Shown piece after piece: positions 13,069 to 27,159 of a DNA stretch of 64,000 bases. Source of the stretch: Eledone cirrhosa. Its lineage: Eukaryota. Position 1 is the stretch's first letter. Each line of letters starts with the position of its first letter. The notes beneath the pieces are model-generated. The model was given only the letters and a program-made list of their open reading frames with translations. It searched no databases and was not told the DNA's origin. Location: contig OZ024742.1 of NCBI GenBank assembly GCA_964016885.1, positions 229,524,001-229,588,000 of the forward strand, in the 5' to 3' direction. Made by a program: the position numbers and the translations under genes.

Positions 13069-13891
13069 CTTGTATATTTGGGGTCTATATTCTAAGGGGG
13101 CTCTTTTATATTAGTTGTAGGAGTTGTAAAAGGGATGGGTTATAGGGAGTTAAGAGAATTTGAAAAGGGCCTAAAAGTTAGGGATTGAAGGTTAAAAATT
13201 AAAGAATTTATAAGTTACGCATTAAACGTAAAAGACTTGGGATCTCTTAAAACCACATTAAAAAATTCCTCAATAAGCCCCAATAAACCTAAAAAACTAG
13301 AAGAGATTAAGAGAATAAAAAAATAAAAATAAAAAGTTTCCTAAAAAATTCCTTCAAAAAAAAAATCTCTTCTAGTTTTTTAAGTTTATTGGAGCTTATT
13401 GGGGGATTTTTAAAGGTGCTTTTAAGAGATCCCAAGTCTTTTACGTTTAATGCATAACTTATAAATTCTTTAATTTTTAACCTTCAATCCCTAACTTTTA
13501 GGCCCTTTTCAAATTCTCTTAACTCCCTATAACCCATCCCTTTTACAACTCCTACAACTATATATAGAGCCCCCTTAGAATATAGACCCCAAATATACAA
13601 GCTGAGCTGTTGATGTATAACACGATTTCAAACTGCTAATCTTGAGTGAAACGTTGATGAAAATAATGAACTTACAATTACCTGTTATACGCCTTGAAAA
13701 GTCCCACCATATGGTCGGACGAAACGGCTGTCGACAATAAACTTGTTATAATGTCATAAAAGTTCCTTTGTTCTTTTTCATTAATATTTCTGCTCTGCTT
13801 ATACGCATAGAGCTTAACTAGCTACCGTCGCATATTTGGTTGGTCAGGCGTGATCATCGCGATTTACGTACGACCTACCATACATCTTGCT
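13066..13891 (+). mobile_element. Foldback element (arms 13066-13308 / 13364-13604) with hammerhead-variant tail, in (TA)n
   Basis: ~240-bp inverted arms. Tail contains GCC-TTGAAAA-gtcc..ggac-GAAAC-ggct-GTC-GAC-AATAAA at 13691-13741. Confidence 0.75.
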
Positions 13892-14161
13892 TATATATAT
13901 ATATATATATAAATATTTCTATATATATCTATATATGTATATATATATATGCATATATATACACAGATAAATCTACCACTCAATGGTAGGGTCTAAACCG
14001 TATAAAGAACTCAATGTAATCCGTATGTAGAAGATGTCGTGAGGCAAAGTTTAAAATACAAAAAATGTTATCAACGATATAATTCAATTGGATACAGAGT
14101 CAAAATATAAATATTATAACAATGAAATTAAACACACCACTGTTAATTCATAGTAAAACAC

Positions 14162-14314
14162 ATTATTTTACGATCGTTTCTGGGGAGGGGTGGGGTGGGG
14201 TGGGGGGTTCCCTGTATGTTCATTTAATTATTGATCTATGTAAAACATATTACCAAATATCATAGTAAGAAAAAGATACATACGTCTTCACTACCCACTG
14301 TCTTCAGAAATAAC
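14162..14314 (-). ncRNA. Type I hammerhead motif with long domain II inside foldback 14114-14432
   Basis: GTTATTT-CTGAAGA-cagtgggtagt ...~120 nt... cccca-GAAAC-gatc-GTA-AAATAAT. The right arm retains ACTACCC, complementary to GGGTAGT. Confidence 0.7.
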
Positions 14315-14429
14315 ATTTTACATAGATCAATAATTGAATGAACATACAGGGAACTACCCCCCAGAAACGATCGTAAAATAATGTGTTTTACTATGAATTA
14401 ACAGTTTTGTGTTTAATTTCATTGTTTTA

Positions 14430-14540
<111 letters not shown>

Positions 14541-14966
14541 AACATCCAAATGTATGTAATATATATATATATATATATATATATAATTCATTTTGGATTA
14601 CTGATCCCGTAGGAGCCATTTCTATCTGAAATTATGTATATACCTTTTCTAATTAATGAAGGTATGTAAAGTTGTTCCCTTATATACACATCTATCTAGA
14701 TGGTGGAGGATAAAACCAATATTTGTGTGTGTAATCCATGATGAACTATTAGGTCGTGGTTAATGTGTTTATTCCATACTGCTAATATTTCCTGCTTCTA
14801 TCAACGTGAAGCCTAATTATAGTGACTGCCGGATATGGGATAGAGAATAGAGGTTTTTCCACGACACTTACTAAATACCTAATCAATACTCGTTTATCTT
14901 TTTAATGGCAATCTATGTATCTACTTGCTACATGCTCGTTGACTATCCCGTTTTTCAGGTAATATT

Positions 14967-15121
14967 AATTGTTTCTACTTTTAGGCACAAGGCCAGCAAT
15001 TACTCAGTGCATTACTGGTACTTTATTTTATCGACCCCGTAAAGATGAAAGACAAAGTCAACCTCGGCGGGATTTGAACTCAGATCGTAAAGCATGGCGT
15101 CCGACCCTCTACCCATACTGT
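14967..15121 (-). mobile_element. tRNA-derived SINE (internally deleted)
   Basis: Matches the 9678-9872 family. Confidence 0.8.
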
Positions 15122-15124
15122 AAT

Positions 15125-16950
15125 GTATGTATTTTTGGTTTTATAATTTTATAAATTTTTACCAATAGAGAGTCGGATTCTAACATAGTCACAAGTCTCT
15201 TTCATTGTAATTTAAACATCAACTAAGTAGATATGTATGCATGTTGCATGCATGTATGTGTGTGCAGGTATGGATGTCATTGTATGTGTATATGTGTATG
15301 TTTTGTGATTTATGTGTACATGTGCATATGATTTGTATCTGTACATGTGTATATGGAGTTATTAGATACAGAATTTTTGGAATTTTTTACAGATTTTTAC
15401 TCTTCCATTAATGGGTTGTATTTGTAATTTTCTAACTAGTTGTGTTCTTTCTGTTTTTATGAAGCGCAGCTTCTCAAGATTTGTACTGAGGCAATTACTA
15501 ACATATCCTAATGCTCCCATAATCACAGATAAAATTCTGAAGGTATAGTCAGGGTGTAGTATCTGCAAATTCTTCATTAGTTCTGCATAGATATTCTCCT
15601 TTTCGCTAATCTTTAATAGTATACTGGGTAATTGCAGGCCTTGTGCCAAAAGTAGAAACAATTATATTGGCATCTGCTGGACAGCTAACTTCCACTACTG
15701 CGCGTGCAATCTTTTCCCTGTCTCTTATCATTATATCAAGTCTGTTATTCTTGAATTTTAATGGGGTTTTGACTGGAACATTCCTCCAGTACTCTTTCAT
15801 ATTGCTGTAACTTTAATATGTTCATTGACGGGATTATTTTTTCTACGGATTGCATTGTATCGTGTTTCGGCCACTACACCATGCCTCATAGGTAGATAGT
15901 ACGTCATAACATCTTTGGACAGTTGCTTATGACATGGGTGACAGTTGATGTTAATTCTGCAGAGTCTGCATTTGTTGTCACATCTAGGTATTTTGTCGCC
16001 ATTCCTATCTCTTTTGTGAATCAGGTACTTCGTGTTGTTTTTCTGTTCTTAGATTGCTAAAGCATATCCTTCAAAGTGGGAGCCAATATAGCAGTTGTTG
16101 GTCCAAGATACACTACTTTGCTTATCTATATTACTCTCATTGTGGAGCTTCCTGGCAACATATCCGTGCATGATTTTTTTGCAGATCAGCATGCAGTTTT
16201 TCATCAATGGCTCCACTGCAGTATTCCTCGGCAATTTCCATGGTTTCCATGTCTGTGAGTGGTTGATTATCATGCAGGGAGTATCTTTCTATGAGTTCCT
16301 TCCCAACTCTCATGATCTTATCTGTCTCATGCAGACAGATTACTCAATATGTGGGCTCCTACGCTTAGAGGTTCGTAGATGTTGTCGGGGGTGGGGGGTG
16401 GGGGTGGATATGATGCCACATTCAAATGTTGTCTGGACTGATGTTAGTCCTCTGACTCCCTGCTTACGTTTCGAGTAGAGGCGGTCTATGTAAATGTTGA
16501 TGTGGAAGTTTCCGGTGTTGTCCAGTATTTTGGGAGGTTTTAACATCCATAGCTCGGCTTTAGTCTATCGTCCAATTGAGTATTCTAAACGTTGTTGTTA
16601 GGAGAAGCACCGCAAACACATTGTGAGCCAGTGTTTTATTGTGCTCAGAGAGTTGCGATGACCATATCCATCTTAATCAAGTGTAATATTCCCTGTTTAC
16701 GCGTTCCTTATTACAAATACGATTATAGGATATATTTTCATTTATCCCCAGGTATCTATAGCAGTCCTCGTTAGATATCGGTGAAATAATTAGGCCATTC
16801 ATAAAAATGTTGCTTGATTGGGTTGTAGTATTTCCCCGCTTTACAGTCATATATGAACATTTATCTTGGCCAAACTTCATTTCTATATCCTTTGAGAAGG
16901 TTGTAACCAGGTCAAGATTTTTCTTCATACTATTTATTTTCTTGGCATAT
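15125..16950 (-). pseudogene. Decayed R4-clade RLE non-LTR retrotransposon with a SINE 3' fragment at about 15622-15665
   Basis: DLVTTFSKDIEMKFGQDKC, CYRYLG, IDRLYSKRKQGVRGL, KIMHGY, NNRLDIMI..VVEVSCPAD, EKENIY, VIMGALG; many frameshifts. Confidence 0.85.
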
Positions 16951-16974
16951 GTATGTATGTATGTATGAAGGAAA

Positions 16975-17335
16975 ACTCTGATATAACACCTGCAACCCTG
17001 ATGGTATCCAATGATGTTGACTTGTTCTTCTTTTTGGTAAATATCATCATGGTTAAGAGAGCGGGACTGGCTTTGTGCAGTGCCTTTGCTCACTATAAAA
17101 GCTTCACGGCACAGGCATTGCTTTATATCTGGAGATCTCTCTGCACTTGTCGTCACATGGTACCATGGGCCCAGCACTGTGTGTCAATAATTTTCACAAG
17201 TGTAGTGTTTGTACCAGAGTTTTCAAGTCGCTGGCTGGACTAAAAGGTCACACTCGTTCAGCGCATCGTTCACCTACATGGATATAAAGTAGTGGCAGTA
17301 CTCGAAAACGAGTTGGCAGCCACCATGTATGTATT
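16975..17335 (+). pseudogene. 3' remnant of an RTE-type LINE with terminal C2H2 finger
   Basis: LFGKYHHG*ESG resembles the RTE LxGEL..G.R..G motif; CSVCTRVFKSLAGLKGHTRSAH from 17201; (ATGT)n at both flanks. Confidence 0.5.
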
Positions 17336-18080
17336 AATGTTCTGGTTTTATAATTTCACAAATTTGTTTCCCAATAGAGAGAGAGTCGGTTTCTAACATA
17401 GACACAAGACTCTCTCATTGGAATTTACACAACATCAACTAGGTAGATTATGTATGCATGCATGTATAGATATGTATGTTTTGAGTTGTATGTGTGCATG
17501 TGTATATGCTTTGTATCTGTATATGTGTTTAATGTGTCGGGGCTATCTTTTTTACGGATTGCATTGTACAGTGCATTGGCCACTATATCATGCCTCATAG
17601 GTGGATAGTACCGCGACGACATCTTTGGACAGCTGCTGATGACATGGGTGATATCTTCGATGTTAGTTTTGCAGAGTCTGCATTTCTTATCACATCCCTA
17701 TCTCTTTTGTGAATCAGGTATTTCGTGTTAATTTCCTGTTCTTCGATTAATGCAAAAGCGTATGCTTCAAAGTGGGAGCCAATATAGCGGTTGTTGGTCC
17801 AATATAGACTACTTTCCTTATCTAAATTACTCTCACTCTGGAGCTTCCTGGCAACATATCCATGCATGATTTTTTGCTGATAAGCATGCAGTTTTTCATC
17901 CATGGATTCACTGCGATACTGCTGAGCGACTTCCCTGGGTCTGAGTTTTTGATTATCACACAAGCAATATCTCTCGAGGAGTTCCTTCCCAACTCTCATT
18001 ATCTTATCTATTTCATGTAGATATATTTGCTCGAGAGACGGGCTCCTACGCTTCGAGGTTCGTAGATGTTGACGGAGGCA
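17335..18080 (-). pseudogene. Second decayed copy of the 15.1-16.9 kb R4-clade element (internally deleted)
   Basis: RQHLRTSKRRSP, KIMHGYVARKL, WTNNRYIGSHFE, MRHDIVA; 3' UTR similar to 15125-15260. Confidence 0.8.
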
Positions 18081-18792
18081 TTGGTTATTAACTGGGCGAA
18101 ACCCGCTGAAGAAGCCACATGCGCCGATTGTGCATTGTTGCATAATAAATGCAGACAGTGGATGCTGTGGACTCTATTGCAGCATTAAGTGCGGCCGAAA
18201 CTCGAGTTCAGTTATAGATTGAAGGTACCCATTTACGTGTGTTGTATTGAAACGAATAATTATGTGTCTACACTGGGATTTTACATAACATTATCTATTG
18301 AGTACACTGAGATGTAACCGGTACTAGCAGTGAAACCCATGCTAGTCCCGTCAACTTTATTGACCCATCGGAGGAACCCCATATCGGCTGCTTGTATTTG
18401 CAATCATATTTATTAAATTCCAGTCGAGTGCTCTGTAACAATCAGCTAAACGACCATTGCCGATAGTTGCCCTCTTTCGTAGAAGCTAAATATGACAACA
18501 TTTGTAAAGGAACATTGGAGTGTCGAGGGAGTTCAATTGCGTAGAAATGTAGAACATTTCAAATGCAGGAGATACATGCGAATATAATTTAGAAAATCGT
18601 GTAAAATATCCTATAGACACGAGAAAAGTGCCCGCTACAGAGAATCCATCTCTGTACCTAAGATGTTTTCAGTTAAGGGGGATTATATACCATATTATTT
18701 AGACTGAATTTCTATAGTGAAAAAATTCGATGAAGCTTTAACTTTCTCATAAATTTCTATTTCACCAATCACTTCTAAAACGCGTTCGTTTA

Positions 18793-18877
<85 letters not shown>

Positions 18878-18880
<3 letters not shown>

Positions 18881-21600
18881 GATGTTCCAGAATCCCACAT
18901 TTAACACAAAAGTGTTTTTTTTCTTAGCTCCCTATTCATTTTCTCATGCCATTTTGTATATTATCAATTTACAATATAATTTTAATTATTTCAGACTAAT
19001 TTAAGCCTTGCCTATTAGTTGCAAATAGGCAGAATAATGGCGGAAACTCGTGGGCCTAGTCGTAGCTACTCGCTCCGTTGTGATGATCGTGAAATACCAA
19101 CAAGTTCTAAGATATTTCTTCTACCTGAAAGATGGTCCTATGAAACACGAAAAGCATGTGAGCTTCAATGGTGCTATTGCAGATAGGCTTGTGATGGAAG
19201 TAATTAGTCAGTGGGAAAAACTGGTGTGGCGATTCAACGAAAAGACAAAGTGAAACTTAAAATTATGAACATGTACAGTGAATACAGAAATTTACAAAAA
19301 AGCAAAGGTTCTAAGTCAAACAAAAAAAAGGAAGCATTATTTATTTCTGAATTGGATTCATATTTCTACATTGCACATACTGATGCTGAAAAGAAAATTT
19401 TGAAAGACCGTCTTCGTAATAATGAACAGAAAATGGAAGATGCTACATTTCTCGAAGCCCTGCGTTGTCAGAAAAAAGTATCTCTGGGTGCTGAAGACAC
19501 CCAGAAAAAGGTATCTTCAAAGTTTAAGCGTGATCAGGTTTCTGTGGCTCGTCGAGAGTCAGAACCATAGAAAGCATTTGTCAGGATCTGTAGCAGCACA
19601 ACTTCCACGTAATGAACTGAGTGATTCAAGTTCAACCAATGATGAAACTGAAGATGAACAGGATACTGAATTTCAGGGCTCAAACCCACCCAGAGACAGC
19701 TCAAAGTCAGACAAGAAACGAAAAATCCAGCTGGAACTCCCAAAGAATCCATTTCAAAGTCCAAAGATGTCTCTAATGGCTGATCGTTTAAACCTGACAC
19801 TAGGCCAGAGAACAGCATTTATGGAATCGATTATTTCTGAGAGTAGACTGACATAGTCGCCACAACACTCTCCAAGAATAGTAGCAGACGTGCAGCTAAG
19901 AAGATCAGAATTGTGAGGGCTGAACACATAAAGGAACAATTTGCTGTACCAGAATTTGTTACCTTGCATTGGGATGGCAAAATAATTCCTGGTGACCACG
20001 AGAGGCTAGGTGTGCTAGTTGCTGGAACTCCGGACTTCAGAGAAGGTAAACTCTTCGGTGTTCCCATAATTCCTGATGGCACTGGAACCACCCAAGCCAA
20101 AGCATCATTTGATCTTGTTAATTATTGGAATGTTGATGGGACTGTGGTGGGCTTGGTCTTCGACACAACTGCTTCGAATTCTGGATGGAAAAATGGTGCC
20201 TGCGTGAAACTAGAAGAGATGCTTAAAAAAAGGTGTTTTATTTTGCTTGTTGGCACCATGTCATGGAGAGTATCTTGTGTGCAGTGTGGCAACAACTATT
20301 GGGAGCAATGTCCAGTCCAGTCACCCCAGAGTTTAAGGAGTTAAAAAAAGATTGGGTGTCACTCACGGACAAGACCAACATTAAAACATTGAACATTGTC
20401 GACCGGAGACTCAAGCATCTGTGTTCTGAGAACATCATGTTCCTCCAAGATTTGCTGACATCCGACGATGGGAAAATGAGTTCTCTTCCACGGGACGACT
20501 ACCGAGAATCTGCCGAGTTGATGTTGATCTTGCTTGGTGTCACCTCTCCTCGTGGAATTCATTGGATGCTGCCTGGTGCACATCATAAGGCTCGGTGGAT
20601 GTCCACAATCATCTATAGTGCAAAGATATATGCATTTGGTGAGCGACTCAATTACGATTAAGCTAAAATGGAAAAGTTTCGCCGGATCTGTATGTTCAAT
20701 GCTCAGTTCTACGTACGATACTGGCTGACAGCAGTCAAGTGTGCTGATGCACCATCCGATGACCTTCAATTCTACGTGGAGTTGACACAGTACAGTAAGG
20801 TTGACAGAGATCTCTCGCAGGCAGCAACTACTGCACTGAGAAGGCATCTTTTGTACTTGACGGAGGAAGCCATTCCACTAGCATTGTTTTCAAGTCGGGT
20901 CCAAGAGTCCGAGAAGAAACAAATAGCCCAACGTCTTGTCAAAACGAAAACGTCTGGGCCTCTCGGTCATAGTACTCCAGTATTTCCCGAGTTAAATTTG
21001 TCCACGAAGCTGCCTCATCTAGGTGGGAAGAAATCAAGGCTTCTGTTCGATCTCCTTGGTCTCGACGATACTTGGCTTGAGCTGTCACCTGCAACTTGGT
21101 CATCACAAGCGTCATATCAAAATGCCTGTGCTGTTGTTCACAATATCAAGGTAGTCAACGATCTGGCGGAGAGAGCAGTCAAGTTGATAACTGATTTTGT
21201 TGCCATCACCAAGAATGAGGAGGAGAAACAGTGTGTTCTTCAAGTAATCGAAGTTCATCGTCGCAAGTTCCCGGATTTCAAAAAAGAAACTCTGAAAAAA
21301 ATATGACTGGAGTTCACTTAACTGAACTTATTTCTTCCTTGTACGCCTTTATATTCAAAGCTGGTTTACTAAATATAATGGATTAATAAAATAAACAATT
21401 ATTGTATGGTCATATTTGGTTTCACATTTTCATGATTTCATGCAACGTAGTCACACTTTACACTATACTCACCATGATATAAGCAAGACTCAAAATAATT
21501 TATTTTATATAAAATATGTTTTATTTTACTAATTGGGGCATTTATAATGGGAAAATACACAGGGAGCGTTAGTATTGTGACGTTGCTTTTTATGGCACAA

Positions 21601-21604
<4 letters not shown>
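18878..21604 (+). mobile_element. hAT-superfamily (hATm-like) DNA transposon, transposase pseudogene about 19037-21306
   Basis: LHWDGK, FDTTASNSG, ACWHH, PGAHHKARWM, RHLLYL, VVNDLAERAVK. Stops at 19570, 19856 and 20661 plus frameshifts. Imperfect TIRs TAGGATGTTCCAGAA / TAGATTGTGCCATAA with (TA)n on both sides. Subfamily label is from recalled motifs. Confidence 0.75.
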
Positions 21605-21698
<94 letters not shown>

Positions 21699-24049
21699 CT
21701 AGACATAGATAGATGTAGATTGATCGATAGATAGATGGATTGATGAGTATATGGATAGATACACATAAACACACACTTATATATGTATATGTATATATGC
21801 GTATACACACTCACACACATATATAGAAGAAGAAGAAGAAGAAGAAGAAGAAGAAGAAATGCTACCACTGCCGCCGCCGCAGCCGAAGGCGTAAGAGATC
21901 GCTAGATCTCGCGTCAATAGTCTAATAGTGCGGATGACTCTAGAGACATATAGCTATACGGCCAGCAATATATTTCTGAAATGCCGCCATTGTTGTTAGA
22001 GACATTTTATGTTAACTAGATTATAAAGGCAGAAGTATTTCTCCCCCAGTGACTTGTCTGTACTCAATTGCTTCTAATAGAATATTTCATGTATTGAAGC
22101 TACTGAAGCTACTGCTTATGCTGTACGCAATGTTTACAGTTTCTTTTATTGCAAAATATTTACCTCTCTGTTGTTGTGTGTGGCAAAAAGACTAAGTGAT
22201 TTTAAATGGAAGGAGATTGATAGAGATGAGATAAAGAAGGGGATGAAGGATTGTGAGAATAAGAGAGACAAGGGAGTAAAATGGAGAAAGAGAGAGAGAG
22301 AGGTGGAAAGAGAAGGATGAAAGAAAAAGGAGAGACAGAGAGAGAGAGGGGGGGGGAGAACCAGTGAAACGAAAAAAAGAGACAGAGAGGAGAAATAAAG
22401 AAATTGGAGGGAGAAAAGGGAAACGAGAGAAATATAGGGATGGATGAGAAAGAGAGAAGAAAAAAATGAAGTGAAGGGGTGAAAAGTCAGAGACGAGTAA
22501 AGAGAGAGGTAGGTGAAGAAAAGGGCTTCGAAATGAAGAGAAACAAAAGGAAAAAGAAAAGGGAGAATGAAGGTGATGGTGGAGTAAATAAAAAAGTGAA
22601 TGGCGTATTGAACGGCGCTATTGTTGTCTGGACTGGAATTACGTTTTTCATTTTAATTTTGTTTATATGAAGCATTGTGTGATATATGTTCATGATTATT
22701 TTAGGAAAGATGGTACAATGCAAGACTGAAAACGAGAGTGGAATAAGAAAGAAAAACAAAGCAAAACAAAAGTTTACACATTTGCTTGATAAATCCATGA
22801 TATTCCAAGGTTAGTATTTTCTTTTCAATAGAGTGCCACCCAGTGCCAACATAATAATCCTTCTTTTGAAAAAGGTATGGTGATATCATGGATTATAAGA
22901 TAAATGTGGAATTGTTTCTCTAAATTTACTCTTGTATTTCTAAATTGCTTTTTTGCAAAATAATTATATTCACATTTTTCATTTTCTGTTTTTTTCTTTC
23001 GAGGTTTAGAATACGACTCGTAAATTACAACAGTCGCAGTAGAAACATATACGGAAGGAGGATGGACAAGAGTATGAGGTGTGGAGAAAGGACTGTAGTG
23101 TAGTATAATGGTAATTCGTGATAATATCCTTTAAAAGGACAATAACGGCGATGGTTTTCATGACGAAAAGGAGAATGTATCTATAACGATGAAATATGTT
23201 TCAGATTCTATATCTTATCCAATATTGGAGAGGATATTGAACATCCGAGTAGGCTCCAGGTCGCGTAATATTTTGTCACCTCGGCAAATAAGAGCCTATG
23301 TTCTTTCCACAATTGCTATACAGTATACTGAATACACGAAAGAAACATAAAAGGTAAAAAATCACAACAAAAATCTTAATTTGGAAAACCAGAAAAGAAA
23401 GATTGTTCATATTTACTTATTAAATATAAAACTTATGGGGATAAAACACATGGGGATAACACCTCCATTACAGTCAGCAATAGTTAATTGTTGACACATG
23501 GCCTCGGCCTGTCGGGTGTAACATGTTACAGAGTAATAGAGTAATAGACTGAGGACTTTCCTCAGCGGAAGTATAACTGAAAGGAAAATAATTAACAAAA
23601 TCCTTAGCCCCAACCAATCAGCAGAGTATAGGAAGATGCGGACACTCAATATACATCGCAAGTTTAAGATACTCTATCAGACAGAAGCTGAGATCTTCTC
23701 TCTGATAGAGTATCTTTAAAATTAAAACATGAAATATATTTATAGCCTCGCGAAATGTTCACATCAATAGTAAAATTGATGGCTAAAAAGAAGAAAAATA
23801 ATAAATTAATAAAATAAAAAGAGGAAAAATATATTTTACATTGTTTCAAGCGGACTATTAATGTCACATCATATCCATGTTTGACAGTTTCTTCTAATGT
23901 TTCATCCGTCAGATGTCGAAGTACATATGTGTATAATGTCAAAGTGCATATATGAAGCAAATAACATTAGTATCTTGAGGGAAGTTCCTGGGGGAAGTGC
24001 GAAACGCTGATGGATAACCAAGAATACATAACATGACTGAGCACTAGTT

Positions 24050-24375
24050 TGCCATTAGAAAGTTTCTCTGCGAAGTGAAGGCTCAGGCAAGGTATTATTT
24101 TGAAGGACATCAGTCATTCATGCCTGCCAGTCTCCCCTGCTCATAGCACACATGTCCAAGGGAAAAGGGAAGACCAGCACTGCTGGGTACCATGCATGAG
24201 CAGTACAGTTTGGCACGAATGGACGACACAACTATTTCTTTGCAGCTGAGTGGAATGGAGAAATGTAAAATAAAGTAACTTGCTGAGGGACACAATGCAC
24301 TTCCATGTCCCGGAATCGAACACCAGATTTTACTATCGTGAGCGTAACATGCTAATCATTAAAACACGCGCCTTC
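24050..24375 (-). mobile_element. Old tRNA-derived CORE-like SINE
   Basis: Minus strand B-box GTTCGATTCC and TGTGTCCCTCAGCAAGTTACTT core-like motif; related copy on + at about 54070-54290. Confidence 0.6.
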
Positions 24376-25555
24376 ACTTACACAACTCTACTGCAACACT
24401 CTACAAGACAAAATTCTGTACGTTTATCAGCAGAAATTTATTCATTGTTATGTCCCCCATAAGGCTTCACATTACCCAAAATCTTAATAACCCCAATACC
24501 CTCTATTAGTCCGCCATTCATTGAATTAGCTCTTATATTCAAGCTTATGGTTTTACAGTCGAGTAACAGTATATAACAACATATTAGCTGATACATAAAA
24601 CGGATCTGGATGTGGCTAAAATACTTAAATATGTCAAGGATCCAGACTGTAGATGTGACGCTAAAGTTGCGAGTCACATCAGAAGTTCTTTTTCTAAATC
24701 ACCATAGCTTTATCTACCAACGAGACATAATGTGATACCCAAAACACTGTATGATGCAGTTCACAGAACGAATAGGACTGAAGAAGCTACAGTGATGTAG
24801 AGGGTGTAATTTAACGTAATACTGGCAGATATCTCCTGCCAACATTTCTGTAAAATGTAGGTATCAGGAAAGCAGACATGATAACAGTGTCCAGTAGCAG
24901 AAATCAATTGTTCAGCAGACTCTAACATTATGTTGGATATATAGGAAAAAAAAAAAGAAAAGAAAACATACAAACAAAAAATATGCCAAATGAATGAGAA
25001 ATCTTTCGATAGTAAACCAAGACTAAAAATTAAAATTTATGTCCTGATTATGCAAATTATTGCCTTAGCACCAATCTTGAAAAGATGGGACACAGAATAA
25101 TGTAACAAACGAAAACGAAACGGCTAATTAGGACATGAACTTTACAATGCGTTAATAGAAATTTAATGTAGCACACACACACACACACACACACATACAC
25201 ACATACACACACACACACACACATACACATATATATATATATAAATATATATATATATAATATATATATCTATATATATATATATTTCGGATTATTATAT
25301 TGATTTCTGATTCATAGAATCACTTTAAACGTATAATGTTTGATTTGTCCAGGTGTATTTTTTCAACCTGTTAGTCCTTTCGTTACTTTGGTATTGTGTG
25401 TTAGATTTTGCCTACCACAATGTTCAATTTGTCAAGCTATTTAAACGTATGTTATTACTCTGAGGACCTACCTTGTCGAGTGCTTTGCTAACTCATTCAT
25501 ATCGTAGGTCGAATCTGCTTGCACACCGCCAAAGATTTGGTTTTACTAAGCCTCC

Positions 25556-25621
<66 letters not shown>

Positions 25622-25746
25622 ATGGATTTCCGCATGGATTATCCATTTATTTTGAGACTTGAAACCGCGCGGTAAGGGTAATTATAGCAAGTACAGTGAA
25701 CTTTTAAAAATTTATTTTAAAACTTTTTCTTATTTGCTAAACCATG

Positions 25747-26466
<720 letters not shown>

Positions 26467-26468
26467 AT

Positions 26469-26651
26469 ATAACGAAGGAAGTGTGGTAAGGAACCAGGCG
26501 GGCCATAACGCACCAGAGTACTCAATACTTAGGGTAGTAGAGTGGGTAATAGGAAAATGTTCAAAACTTCAAGACCCCGGCGGCAGTGCTCAAGCCGTTT
26601 CGACGGCTATTTCTGGGTCCAGAGCTCTGCCGTCGGGGTCTTGTACATGTT

Positions 26652-26655
<4 letters not shown>
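26469..26655. repeat. Short (TA)n-embedded element with small foldback; pieces recur at 31980-32062 (inverted), 50263-50320 and 50536-50566
   Basis: CAAGACCCCGGCGGCAG / CTGCCGTCGGGGTCTTG arms; shared ACGAAGGAA..GGTAAGGAACCAGG..GAGTACTCAATAC segment. Confidence 0.7.
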
Positions 26656-26706
<51 letters not shown>

Positions 26707-26755
26707 AAGTAATTAAGTCAAATATTTAAGATTTGGCTTCGTTTATTAAATATGT

Positions 26756-26810
26756 ACTGCTATATATATTTCGGTGACAGCCATCATTGGCTGTGACCTC
26801 TTCAGGCAGT
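26756..26810 (-). ncRNA. Minimal type I hammerhead (left arm of foldback 26700-26999)
   Basis: ACTGC-CTGAAGA-ggtcacagcca atga tggctgtcacc-GAAA-T-ATAT-ATA-GCAGT. Confidence 0.88.
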
Positions 26811-26888
26811 TCGAATTGGTGTGGTGGAGTATTGACGGAGTAAAACACTTTAACAACATGTGTACCTGTCTCTACCACACCAATTCGA

Positions 26889-26943
26889 ACTGCCTGAAGA
26901 CGTCACAGCCAATGATGGCTGTCACCGAAATATATATAGCAGT
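26889..26943 (+). ncRNA. Minimal type I hammerhead (right arm of foldback 26700-26999)
   Basis: ACTGC-CTGAAGA-cgtcacagcca atga tggctgtcacc-GAAA-T-ATAT-ATA-GCAGT. Confidence 0.85.
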
Positions 26944-27159
26944 ACATCTTTAATAAACGAAGCCAAATCTTAAATATTTGACATAATTACTTTATTTTAC
27001 ATTACTCCGGCGTAACCAAACCAACCTGCGTACTCCAATCTGCATACTGAGGTGTCGGTAAACAACCAACATATACTCAATATATATATATATATATTAA
27101 AATGAATACTTACAGACCAGGTACATCACTCTTTTTCTCTCTTGACCTACCAGTCAACT

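Noticed and set aside
17201-17266. Host C2H2 zinc-finger gene exon
   Set aside because: A single finger embedded in LINE-like remnants; better explained as an RTE C-terminus.
18300-18355. CTGAGATG...GAAAC...GTC motif
   Set aside because: The core does not fit CUGANGA; it is a simple hairpin (ACTAGCA/TGCTAGT).
21840-24980. Possible host promoter or exons (CpG-rich patch near 21870, short ORFs)
   Set aside because: No recognisable domain or consistent splice structure.
25455-25520. CTGAGGA-cctac...gtagg as a hammerhead
   Set aside because: Followed by TCGAATC rather than GAAA, with no helix I or III.
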